Part shown: piece after piece, positions 38,963-47,844 of the stretch
Layout: each line of letters begins with the position of its first letter
Numbering within the stretch: position 1 is the stretch's first letter
NCBI GenBank assembly: GCA_964519305.1
Contig: CAZFHY010000012.1
Location: 32,001 to 96,000 of the forward strand
Source of the DNA: Candidatus Undinarchaeota archaeon
Lineage (GTDB): Archaea; SpSt-1190; JASMDC01
Direction of reading: 5' to 3'
Length of the DNA stretch: 64,000 bases
Program-made: the position numbers and the translations under genes
The notes under the pieces: generated by a model
What the model was told of the DNA's origin: nothing
The model's database searches: none
Seen by the model: the letters and a program-made list of their open reading frames with translations, nothing else

Positions 38963-39367
38963 CTAGAAGTTCTCCTCTTCCCTGCGGCGGGATGCGTAGC
39001 CGAAAGCGTAGGAACCGCCGACTATCGAGACCAGCAGTCCTCCCGCCATATGTCCTCCGTACTGCGCGAGCGTATTGTCCGCGACCATGTGAACGGAGTC
39101 CGACGGTATCCCGATAAATGATCCGTCGCCGTTGTCCAGGAAGTAGTCCGAGTCGAACAGACCGGTCTCGGCGAGCACGGGATTTCCCTGGGCGTCCTCA
39201 TAGTGCCACTCAGCATCGCCTATCCCGATGAGGCAACCCGCTGCCGTGGCAGCTAGAGCGATCCCCGCACCTGTGGCAATGGCGATATCGTTAAGGTCAT
39301 CGGTGATAGCATAACCGCCCGTGGTCGACGCGTCCGCATAGCCCGTCGTCTCCAGGTCTACGTCCAT
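38963..39367 (-). CDS. Leader-bearing small membrane protein
   Basis: MDVDLETTGYA...GGY..TDDL leader, second TM followed by RRR. Confidence 0.75.
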   Translation of the reverse strand: MDVDLETTGYADASTTGGYAITDDLNDIAIATGAGIALAATAAGCLIGIGDAEWHYEDAQGNPVLAETGLFDSDYFLDNGDGSFIGIPSDSVHMVADNTLAQYGGHMAGGLLVSIVGGSYAFGYASRRREEENF

Positions 39368-39438
39368 GGCCACGCTCCGCCCATCGAGCGAATAATAAGG
39401 ATTCAGAACCCCCCCAGAGGTGGTGCTCTCACTGGGAG

Positions 39439-40245
39439 CTAGGCAGACGGGTCCTCACACTCGACCGGCTGCATCTTATCGTGCCGTCGGGCATACCATT
39501 CGCCCGAGCCGAAGTCAGAGGTTATCTCGTTGTCCCGTACGCGATAGGCGACGTTGAAGTACGGATCATCGGTACCATCCACGTCGAGCTTGGCATGGTA
39601 GTTCTCGATTATGAGGGGTGCGTCAGGTTCATGCTCCTCGCCCACCCGGTAGGCGATGGATTCGAGGACGGTCGTCGCCTGGCGGTCCCATGCGCATGCG
39701 AGTTCACCGGAAGCATATCCCGGAAGCATTTCGCTGAGGAACAAGTAGACCTGTTCGTCGATGACCACACCCTTCTCGTTCAGGACATCATTTATACTCC
39801 CCTCGAGGTATCCCTTGGTCTGCTCGTCGTCGAGATGTGAGGCCTTATAATCTCGATAGCGCGGTGATCCCACGACCACCGTCCGAACAACGGACGCATC
39901 CGCTCCTTCAGGACTGTTCAGGTAGAGGACCGCGTACGCGTCGTCCTCATGCACCAAGGGCCGCCCGTCGTTACCTTGCGTCACCCGTCGACAGATCTCC
40001 ACCTGGAAGATGGACTGGTCCATACCCTCCCCGTCACCCACACCGTACTCGTCCAGTTTATACACGTCAGTCACTCCGTACGAGATGGGCTTCTCACCGC
40101 TCTGGTAGGGCTGGGGGACGATGACTTCCTCAAGGGATTGTTCCGTGGTGACGCCGAGAGGACCGTTCGGACCGTTAACCCGGGGCTCTCGGTAGAGGTC
40201 CGAGACGATGACACCCGGATCAAGTGTGACCTCAATGTACGTCAC
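39439..40245 (-). CDS. Hypothetical acidic protein
   Basis: GTG start with GGAGG RBS; TTTATAT element at about 40286-40292. Confidence 0.7.
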   Translation of the reverse strand: MTYIEVTLDPGVIVSDLYREPRVNGPNGPLGVTTEQSLEEVIVPQPYQSGEKPISYGVTDVYKLDEYGVGDGEGMDQSIFQVEICRRVTQGNDGRPLVHEDDAYAVLYLNSPEGADASVVRTVVVGSPRYRDYKASHLDDEQTKGYLEGSINDVLNEKGVVIDEQVYLFLSEMLPGYASGELACAWDRQATTVLESIAYRVGEEHEPDAPLIIENYHAKLDVDGTDDPYFNVAYRVRDNEITSDFGSGEWYARRHDKMQPVECEDPSA

Positions 40246-40331
40246 ATCATGTCCTCCTGACAGGTGAGTGGGCCAAGAATCCCCCATATAAAGGTTCCCA
40301 AGGGTCACCGGCCACGAGTTCACGAGGGCGT

Positions 40332-41585
40332 CTACCCGGTCTGCCCCTCGCGGACTATCTCACCTTCCTTGATGACCGTGTCCACAAGGTTTATCCCGAA
40401 ATGGTAGGGGAGATGGATGTGGTTCGGAGCATCGAGGATTATCATGTCCGCTTTCTTCCCGACGTCGAGGCTCCCGACCTCGTCCGCCCTGTTGATGGCG
40501 TAGGCCGCGTTGAGCGTGGCGGCGACGATGGCCTCGGCGGGCAGCATACGCATCTGGACGCACGCCAGTGATATCATGAGCGGCATGCCCTCGGTCAGGC
40601 AGTTGGGATTGAGGTCGGTCGCGAGCGCCAACGGCAGCCCCTGTTCGACCATGTACCTGGCCCGCGGATAGTCGGTCCTCAGCACGAACGGCGTCCCAGG
40701 AAGGAGCACGCCCATGACACCCTCGCGCGCCATGGCCCCTATCCCTGCGTCCGAGGCCATGAGAAGGTGGTCGGCAGACACGGCACCCACCTCTGCCGCG
40801 AGCTCCGAGCCGCCCAGCTGTGAGAGCTCGTCAGCGTGGAGCTTCGGTGCAAGTCCTGCCTCGGCCGCTGCGCTCAGTAGTTTCCGGGACTGGTCAACGG
40901 AGAACACGCCTTTCTCACAGAACACGTCACAGAACTCGGCCAGCCCCTCGCTGGCGACCTTCGGGACCGCTTCGTGCACGAGGAGTTCGATGTAAGCGTC
41001 GGGATCTGTCCTCTCGGGCACCGCATGCGCTCCCAGGAAGGTGGACACGATGTCCGCAGGATGTTCTTTCCCGAGCCTGAGTGCGGCACGCAGGCACTTG
41101 AGCTCGTCCTCGACGGTAAGCCCGTACCCGCTCTTGGCCTCGACAGTGGTCGTCCCCCAGGTGAGCATGCGGTCGAGCCGTCGGCGTGCCTGGTCAACGA
41201 GCTCGTCCTCGGTGGCAGTACGGGTCGCTCGCACGGTGGAGAATATACCGCCCCCGGCCTCCATTATCTCCATATAGCCCTTGCCCTCGAGCTTCATCAC
41301 GTACTCGTGCTCGCGCGAGCCACCGAACACCAGGTGCGTGTGGGGGTCAACGAACCCGGGCATCACCACGCGTCCACCCGCATCGAGCTTCTCTCCGGAA
41401 AAACTGGCGAGCACGTCCCGGGTCCTCCCTGTACCGATGATCCGGCCGTCCGTCACCGCTACGGCGCCGTCGCGCACGATACCCAAATGGCCCTGCGCAG
41501 GTCCCGTTCGAGGACATCCCCCGTCGGGGACGGTGAGAAGCTCCGCTGCGTTGGTGATGATGAGGTCGGCGGCGATGCGTGCCAT
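40332..41585 (-). CDS. hutI: Imidazolonepropionase
   Basis: PGFVDPHTHLVFGGSREHE, GGGI, EAKSGYGL, FLGAH, HADEL, SADHL, ATD.NP. Confidence 0.96.
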   Translation of the reverse strand: MARIAADLIITNAAELLTVPDGGCPRTGPAQGHLGIVRDGAVAVTDGRIIGTGRTRDVLASFSGEKLDAGGRVVMPGFVDPHTHLVFGGSREHEYVMKLEGKGYMEIMEAGGGIFSTVRATRTATEDELVDQARRRLDRMLTWGTTTVEAKSGYGLTVEDELKCLRAALRLGKEHPADIVSTFLGAHAVPERTDPDAYIELLVHEAVPKVASEGLAEFCDVFCEKGVFSVDQSRKLLSAAAEAGLAPKLHADELSQLGGSELAAEVGAVSADHLLMASDAGIGAMAREGVMGVLLPGTPFVLRTDYPRARYMVEQGLPLALATDLNPNCLTEGMPLMISLACVQMRMLPAEAIVAATLNAAYAINRADEVGSLDVGKKADMIILDAPNHIHLPYHFGINLVDTVIKEGEIVREGQTG

Positions 41586-41640
41586 GACGTGGGCCACGGG
41601 CGGGTAAATCTTCATTAATCTGATGGGTGATAAAGTGGTC

Positions 41641-42210
41641 ATGTCCGACATGAACCTCGAACCCAAGCTTACCAGCATTATCAACGAACTCCCCCAAGCC
41701 GTCGTGAAGGGTGACAGCGTCAAGCTCGCCAACGTACGGGTGGCCGCGGACGAGGCCATTGGTGATGTCCGCGAGTTCATCCAGGCCGCCCAGCAGCAGC
41801 AGATGCAGACGGTCATCACAAAGCTCAACCAGGACCAGGCCCTCACCAACGATGAGGCGGCCGTGGTCGAGGACTTCTTCGTTGGCGACGCCGAGGCCTA
41901 TATGAAGGCCGAGAACAACGTGGAGGAGTGGAATACAGAGCTCAAGCGTCTCCATGGTGTCGTGCGCACGCTCACACAAAGGTTCCAGGCCAATCCGAAC
42001 GATCTCAAGATGCTCCACGATCTGGGCGCGGCCCTCCAGGACCTGAGTCAGACGTCCATAAGCCTCCTGTTCTTCCTCCAGGCAAAGGACCGGATCGACC
42101 AGTTCAAGCTCTATCAGGGCCGGCTCACGAGCTCAGGTGACATGTGCAAGGAGGAACGTCAGGCGCTGTCCCAGTCCCTCATGGCCATGCTGACCTCGCC
42201 CGACTACTGA
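41641..42210 (+). CDS. Hypothetical helical protein
   Basis: Coding-like ORF divergent from hutI. Confidence 0.7.
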   Translation: MSDMNLEPKLTSIINELPQAVVKGDSVKLANVRVAADEAIGDVREFIQAAQQQQMQTVITKLNQDQALTNDEAAVVEDFFVGDAEAYMKAENNVEEWNTELKRLHGVVRTLTQRFQANPNDLKMLHDLGAALQDLSQTSISLLFFLQAKDRIDQFKLYQGRLTSSGDMCKEERQALSQSLMAMLTSPDY

Positions 42211-42221
42211 GCAAGGTGATA

Positions 42222-42683
42222 ATGATGGGCGAACTTGACTCACTGGACACTGACAAGCTCCACAAGATGATGGAGGAGCTGGAGAAGGCGGTCATCATCC
42301 TCTCCGAGGAGGAGGATTACGCCACGGCGAAGGAGCACCTGCTCTCTCTCATCAAGCGGGCACGGATGCAGGTGTACGACACGCTCGATCTGGACGGGTC
42401 CTACACGTTGTTCAGCACCGTGCTGGCGCTCAACGCCACTGGTTTTCTATACCTTGCCCTGGCGGGAGAGTCCGCGGGTACCGACAAGGAGAAGGATTAC
42501 CTCACAAGGGCCTCGGGCGTGTTCGAGATGATCAACGCCGTGTTCGATCCCATCATGTCCAAGGACAAGGACCTACCGGTGGACGTGCGGGAAGGCCTCG
42601 ACAAGGTATCCGACCTGGCCTCGGACGTGGCCGCACAGCTCCTGCGAAAGCACGGTGTGTGGGTAGATATGGACTTCGTGTGA
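42222..42683 (+). CDS. Hypothetical helical protein
   Basis: AGGTGA RBS; follows previous gene closely. Confidence 0.7.
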   Translation: MMGELDSLDTDKLHKMMEELEKAVIILSEEEDYATAKEHLLSLIKRARMQVYDTLDLDGSYTLFSTVLALNATGFLYLALAGESAGTDKEKDYLTRASGVFEMINAVFDPIMSKDKDLPVDVREGLDKVSDLASDVAAQLLRKHGVWVDMDFV

Positions 42684-42698
42684 TCAGGGACGGCCGGA

Positions 42699-43121
42699 TC
42701 AGATCGTCGGAGGAAGCTGCTGCATCTGCATGCTCAGCTTCAGCTGCTGGAGGTCCTCGCTCAGATCATTGAAGGTCTTCTCCAAGCCTTCCTGACCTTT
42801 CTCGAGGTTCTCGAGCTGCTTGTCGATGAACGTGATGCTCTCAGGGATGCTCCTGCTCCCCACTACGCCCCCGATGTTGACCATGACCTTTTTTGTGTCC
42901 TCGATCTTGGTGTAGACGTACACACCCGAGCCGATAGGGACGAGCGCCTCGCCGCCCTTCTTCAGGTCCTTTAACCGCTCGAGCGCGTCACGGGTCACCG
43001 CTAGGCTCTCGCGCGTCTCGACGACCTTCATGAGCTGGAGCTGGATCTGCTGGGCCTTCTCCTTGAGGATCTCGATCTCGTACATCCGCTGCTGCATATC
43101 GGCGGCATTGGGGTCGGTCAT
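42699..43121 (-). CDS. pfdA: Prefoldin subunit alpha
   Basis: Coiled coils flanking LVPIGSGVYV...KVMVNIG hairpins. Confidence 0.92.
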   Translation of the reverse strand: MTDPNAADMQQRMYEIEILKEKAQQIQLQLMKVVETRESLAVTRDALERLKDLKKGGEALVPIGSGVYVYTKIEDTKKVMVNIGGVVGSRSIPESITFIDKQLENLEKGQEGLEKTFNDLSEDLQQLKLSMQMQQLPPTI

Positions 43122-43169
43122 AGCGCATGCTGGGACGCGCGGGATTGATAAAGGTTTCTGGGGCGACGG

Positions 43170-44036
43170 TCACGCCTCAAGGAGCTTTTGGACCCGTTGC
43201 ACCACGGGTGGAACGTCCTCCGGCAAGAACGGATCATGCTCGAGCACGACGGTGCCATGGAACCCTTGGAGACCCTCGAGGAAGCGCTCCACCGGGCATG
43301 TCCCCTTCCCCAGGGGCAGGTGAATGTCGCCCCATCCTCCCTCAGGATTGTTCTCTCCCTCGGGATGGACACGCCCCATGTTGTCGTGGACGTGGATATG
43401 GACTATGCGTTTCTTGAGGAGCTCTACGAACTTCTCCGGCTCGAACTCATGGTGTGATGCGGACACCCATCCGTGGCCGATGTCCAGACATACCGGAAAA
43501 TCGAGGTCGACGACCTCCTCGGGACGCTCGAACACGGACACCCTGACGGGATCGACGTTCGAGTTCTCTATCACAAGCTGGACCGAGGAATCGTGGGCCA
43601 GTGCGGGCACGGTGCGCTTCGCCTCCGCTACGGCCTCTCCGCCCTCGATCGACTCCTCGTCCCGTCCGTCCGGGAACACCTTTCCAAGGTGCGTGATCAG
43701 GGGGAACGCATCGATCCGTTCGCACGTATCGAGGTAGAGACGGAGCAGTTCCAGGCTCTTGCGACGCACGCTCTTGGACGGGTCCGCAGGATTGAGCCGG
43801 AAGCCATCCTGGTAGATCGCAGCGTGGGCCGAGAGGGTAAGGCTGTAGGAGGAGAGGAGGTCCTGAAAATCTCTCAGGGCCTGAGGCTTGAAACGTAATC
43901 CCTCGCGTGGTAGAGGTATGTCACCGAACCGCAGTTCAGCATGGCGCACACCCAACCGCTCGAAATCGTCCAGCCTCTGGGCGACATCGTCCATGGTGAT
44001 CTCACTTGTCGTGAAGACAGCAACACCTATTCGCAT
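43170..44036 (-). CDS. Sugar phosphate isomerase/epimerase (AP endonuclease 2 TIM barrel)
   Basis: IEN, CLDIGH, HIHVHDN.G, D.HLPLGKG, LE. Confidence 0.9.
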   Translation of the reverse strand: MRIGVAVFTTSEITMDDVAQRLDDFERLGVRHAELRFGDIPLPREGLRFKPQALRDFQDLLSSYSLTLSAHAAIYQDGFRLNPADPSKSVRRKSLELLRLYLDTCERIDAFPLITHLGKVFPDGRDEESIEGGEAVAEAKRTVPALAHDSSVQLVIENSNVDPVRVSVFERPEEVVDLDFPVCLDIGHGWVSASHHEFEPEKFVELLKKRIVHIHVHDNMGRVHPEGENNPEGGWGDIHLPLGKGTCPVERFLEGLQGFHGTVVLEHDPFLPEDVPPVVQRVQKLLEA

Positions 44037-44091
44037 TCCTGTCCTGGTGCCGTAGGTAACATTTTTTAAGTGGTGTGCCCTCCCTCCCACC

Positions 44092-44562
44092 ATGCCCCGG
44101 GTCCGCCCGAACGACGTCCTCCGTGCCGTGTTCGAGCAGGGACGCGTTCCCACGATAGAGGAGATCGCTGCGCTCGACGCCAGGTCCGAGGCGGTCGCGA
44201 ACTACAAGCTCTTCGTCGATGATGAACGAGTGGAGCGCTTGTTCGAGCCCAAGTCACTCAATGAGCGGTTCGGGATCGAGCTGGACCACAATCCCTGGGA
44301 GTCCCCGCAGGACGCCGACTACGGCGCCCTCCGCAAGGTGAACTCCCGATCGGTGACCGCTCTCCGCGCCCTTGGCCGTGGCTCCGATATGGAGGAGATC
44401 CGCGACCTGACCATCCTCGCCACCGTATCGGCAACGCTCATGGCCCTGATCATCAATAAGGAGGAGCGCGAGGGTGTCGGCAATTCTTGGGAGCGGTACG
44501 GTGAGAGAGAGCTGGGATGGATGCGACAGATCGGGGGTGAACGGCCACGGCGGAAGCGATGA
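44092..44562 (+). CDS. Hypothetical protein
   Basis: First gene of an overlapping operon (ATGA coupling with next gene). Confidence 0.65.
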   Translation: MPRVRPNDVLRAVFEQGRVPTIEEIAALDARSEAVANYKLFVDDERVERLFEPKSLNERFGIELDHNPWESPQDADYGALRKVNSRSVTALRALGRGSDMEEIRDLTILATVSATLMALIINKEEREGVGNSWERYGERELGWMRQIGGERPRRKR

Positions 44563-45683
44563 GCAGCCCTGACGTGCATGCAGTCGTCAAGGAACTGGCG
44601 GTCCTCGAGGGGGCACGTGTGGACAAGGTGTTCCAGTTCGAGGACGAGATCCGCATCCGTCTCTACTCCCGTCTGACGGGCCAGGCCGAACTGGTCGTGG
44701 TCCCCGGCAGGAGCGTCCACCTCAGCGTCACGCGCAGGAGCGCTCCTATCCAAGCAACAGCACTTGCCATGCAGCTACGCAAGCACCTTGGCGGCCTGGT
44801 CATCAAAGGAGTGCGACAGCACGATTTCGACCGCATCGTCGAGGTCGACCTGGGGGACCGCGTGCTGGTGCTCGAGCTCTTCAGCAAGGGCAACCTGGCG
44901 TTATTGGATTCTGAAGGCCGCATCATCGGTCTCCTCTCCCGTCAGAGATGGCGGGACCGTGACGTGCTCCACGGGAAATCCTACGAGTACCCTCCGAGCA
45001 ACTCCGGTAATCCTTACGATCTTGACGAGGAGGGATTCGTCCAAATGCTGTCTGCCTCCGAAAGGGACCTCGTCCGCGCCCTGGCCGTTGAAGTAGGGCT
45101 CGGTGGGCGATACGCGGAAGAGGTCTGCCTGAGCGCGGGCGTGGAGAAGAACGCGCCAACCACCGAGGAGGTGGCACGGAAGGTGTTCCCGTTCCTGACC
45201 GCCTTCCTCAAGGCGATCGAGGGTGAGCTCAAACCGAACACGCCTGCCGGCGGTAGACCCGCGCCTATCGAGCTCGGGATCGACGGGGAAACAGAACGTG
45301 AGACGTTCGACACATTCAACAAAGCCCTGGACGAACACTACACCGCGCACGCTGGTGGCAGGGCTGAAAAAGCGGCAGAGGATAAGCGACAATCAAAGGT
45401 GCGCTCGCTGGAAGAGACCCTTGCGAAACAGGAACGGCTCCTCGAGGGGTTCAAGGCCTCGTCCGTGGAGGACCGCAAGCGCGGCGACCTCATCTTCGCC
45501 AACCTCCAGCTAGTGGAGAACATCCTCGCGAACCTGCTTGCGGCCCGGCGACGTCTGGGCTGGGACGAGATCAAGGAACGTCTGGAGGAGGGGAGCAAGG
45601 CCGGAGTCCCCGAGGCCAAGGCGGTCGTGGAGATCAAGGAGGAAGAGGGACGGATCGTCCTGAAACTGGAGGACGCATCATGA
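44559..45683 (+). CDS. NFACT/RqcH (Rqc2) family protein, N-terminal half only
   Basis: MSSPD, AMQLRKHL.G, QHDFDRIV, ELFSKGN, GLGGRYAEEVC, FNKALDEHY. Confidence 0.88.
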   Translation: MSSPDVHAVVKELAVLEGARVDKVFQFEDEIRIRLYSRLTGQAELVVVPGRSVHLSVTRRSAPIQATALAMQLRKHLGGLVIKGVRQHDFDRIVEVDLGDRVLVLELFSKGNLALLDSEGRIIGLLSRQRWRDRDVLHGKSYEYPPSNSGNPYDLDEEGFVQMLSASERDLVRALAVEVGLGGRYAEEVCLSAGVEKNAPTTEEVARKVFPFLTAFLKAIEGELKPNTPAGGRPAPIELGIDGETERETFDTFNKALDEHYTAHAGGRAEKAAEDKRQSKVRSLEETLAKQERLLEGFKASSVEDRKRGDLIFANLQLVENILANLLAARRRLGWDEIKERLEEGSKAGVPEAKAVVEIKEEEGRIVLKLEDAS

Positions 45684-46174
45684 CCTATCTCACCGTTCCA
45701 TGGAAGGGAGAGTACGTCCGCGGTGAGCGGCCAGAGGGATGCATTCTCTGTGCGGTCCGCGAAGGGGTCGATCCCAATTTCGAGGTGTACCGCAACGACC
45801 ATACGATGGTCGTGCTGAACATCTACCCGTACAACCCAGGCCACATCCTCATCATCCCACTGCGGCATGTCGAGACGCTTGCCGACCTCCGACCGGACGA
45901 GCGCGACTCATTCTACACCCTCATGGAACGGGGTGTGAAACTGCTCGAGGAGGTGTTCACGCCCAAGGGCTTCAACATCGGTATCAATCAAGGGGTGTTC
46001 TCGGGGGCGAGCATCCCGCACCTGCACGCTCACGTGGTCCCCCGATACCCGAACGAGATGGGCTTCATGGACATCGCAGCAGGGACCCGCATCCAGATCG
46101 AGCCCCTGGAGACCGTGGTAGAGAAGCTCCGGGCGCGGAGGGACATCCTTGCCGGTGACCAGGGAACGGGCTGA
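45680..46174 (+). CDS. HIT family hydrolase
   Basis: CILC, LNIYPYNPGH, GFNIGINQG, HLHAHVVPR. Confidence 0.95.
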   Translation: MTYLTVPWKGEYVRGERPEGCILCAVREGVDPNFEVYRNDHTMVVLNIYPYNPGHILIIPLRHVETLADLRPDERDSFYTLMERGVKLLEEVFTPKGFNIGINQGVFSGASIPHLHAHVVPRYPNEMGFMDIAAGTRIQIEPLETVVEKLRARRDILAGDQGTG

Positions 46175-46685
46175 GGAGCTCCTGACCTCGTCGGGTCTGG
46201 AGGACCATGTCATCGACCATTCCCGGACCGTGGCCTCTCTGGCCTGTCGGGTCGCCGAAGCGCTGATCGGGCGCGGGCATCCTGTGGACCTGACGCTGGT
46301 GGGGACGGGTGCTCTGCTCCACGACATCGGTCGGTCGCGCTCCCACGGGATCGACCACTGCCTCGAGGGCTACCGCATGCTCCGCGATGAGGACGAGACC
46401 ATCGCGCGGATCGCCCTCGTCCATATTGGGGCGGGCATCGACCGGAATGAGGCGTCCACCGTGGGCCTGCCGCCACGCGACTATCTACCCGAGAGCCTGG
46501 AGGAGCGGTTGGTCGCCTTCGCCGATAACCTGGTCTTCGGTGTCCGCGTCGGCACTCCCGAGGAGGCGGAATCGCGGTTCGTGCGCGAGCTGGGTCCTGA
46601 TCACACTGCCACTGACCGTGTGCGCCGGCTCAACGCATGGTTCCTCGACGCTCTCGGCCCCGAACGGCCCTGGGAGACCGTCTGA
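46149..46685 (+). CDS. HDIG domain phosphohydrolase
   Basis: HS..V, ALLHDIGRS, H.GAG, EERLVAFADNL. Confidence 0.92.
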   Translation: MPVTRERAEELLTSSGLEDHVIDHSRTVASLACRVAEALIGRGHPVDLTLVGTGALLHDIGRSRSHGIDHCLEGYRMLRDEDETIARIALVHIGAGIDRNEASTVGLPPRDYLPESLEERLVAFADNLVFGVRVGTPEEAESRFVRELGPDHTATDRVRRLNAWFLDALGPERPWETV

Positions 46686-46775
46686 GGGCGCCACCGCCCG
46701 GCCAAGGACAAGGTTATATGCTTTTCTTTCGTTCCCCGCCACAAGGGCGTACAGCCCGAGGTGGGGTCGTTTACC

Positions 46776-47717
46776 ATGATGCGTATCTACCGTAAGCACG
46801 CAGCGGACGAGACCCTCCAGCTAGTCGATGATGTCAAGCCCGGCGACTGGATCGACCTGGTCCGGCCGACCCCTGACGAGATGGGGACGGTGCTCGGGAA
46901 CACCACCGCCGTAGAGGACCACGTGCTCTTCCCCCTCGACGACGACGAGCGCTCCCGCCTCGATATCGAACCTGGAAGCCGCCTCTTCATCATCCGTATC
47001 CCCATCAAGAGCGAGAAGGAGGGCGGCAGGCTCAAGCTATCCACACTCCCCCTCGGCATCATCCTCGCGGAGGAGCACGTCATCACCGTCTGTCTCGAGG
47101 AGGAGACGGTGCTCCACTCGTTCAGGGACGACAAGGTGCGATCGTTCGCCACCTCGAAGACAACACGCTTCCTCCTCCAGGTCCTCTCACGCAGCATCGT
47201 CGCCTACCTACGCCATCTGGCCAGCATCGAGCGTGAGATGCAGAACATAGAGACAGGTCTTCTCAGCTCCATCCGGAACGAGGAGATCATCGAGCTCATG
47301 GAGCTGCAGAAGGACCTCATCTACTTCCGCACGGGCATCGTTGGTAACGGGAACGTGCTCGCACGCCTTGTCCAGGGCAAGGTCGTCAAGCTCTACGAGG
47401 AGGATGAGGACCTCCTCGATGACCTCATCGTCGAGAACCAGCAATGCATCGAGATGGCCAACATCTTCTCGAACATCCTACAGGGGACGATGGAAACGTA
47501 CTCTTCTGTGGTCTCGAACAACCTCAACACCGTGATGAAGATACTCACGTCCATCACGATCATCCTATCGCTCCCGACCCTCGTATCGAGCATCTACGGG
47601 ATGAACGTGACCCTTCCTCTCGAACATACACCCCACGCGTTCTGGATCATCATGCTCATCTGCCTGCTGTTCTCCGCGGTGGCTGTCGTCTACTTCATCA
47701 AGCAGGAGTGGCTGTAG
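46776..47717 (+). CDS. corA: CorA family Mg2+ transporter
   Basis: NNLNTVMKILT, YGMNV signature, two C-terminal TMs. Confidence 0.96.
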   Translation: MMRIYRKHAADETLQLVDDVKPGDWIDLVRPTPDEMGTVLGNTTAVEDHVLFPLDDDERSRLDIEPGSRLFIIRIPIKSEKEGGRLKLSTLPLGIILAEEHVITVCLEEETVLHSFRDDKVRSFATSKTTRFLLQVLSRSIVAYLRHLASIEREMQNIETGLLSSIRNEEIIELMELQKDLIYFRTGIVGNGNVLARLVQGKVVKLYEEDEDLLDDLIVENQQCIEMANIFSNILQGTMETYSSVVSNNLNTVMKILTSITIILSLPTLVSSIYGMNVTLPLEHTPHAFWIIMLICLLFSAVAVVYFIKQEWL

Positions 47718-47844
47718 GGATACGGACGCCCCGATAGTGGGGTGGACGGTCTTTCGAGGTCTTTTCAACAATCCCCTATTGCCTGTGCTCTCCCCGACGA
47801 AGTCTATTTATATTTCGAGCCGTTAGCCCGCCCGGGTCGTTCAT

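Noticed and set aside
40243-40251. ATG-ATG-TGA mini-ORF overlapping the GTG start of 39439-40245
   Set aside because: Could be chance; the RBS spacing fits the GTG and nothing else supports a regulatory role.
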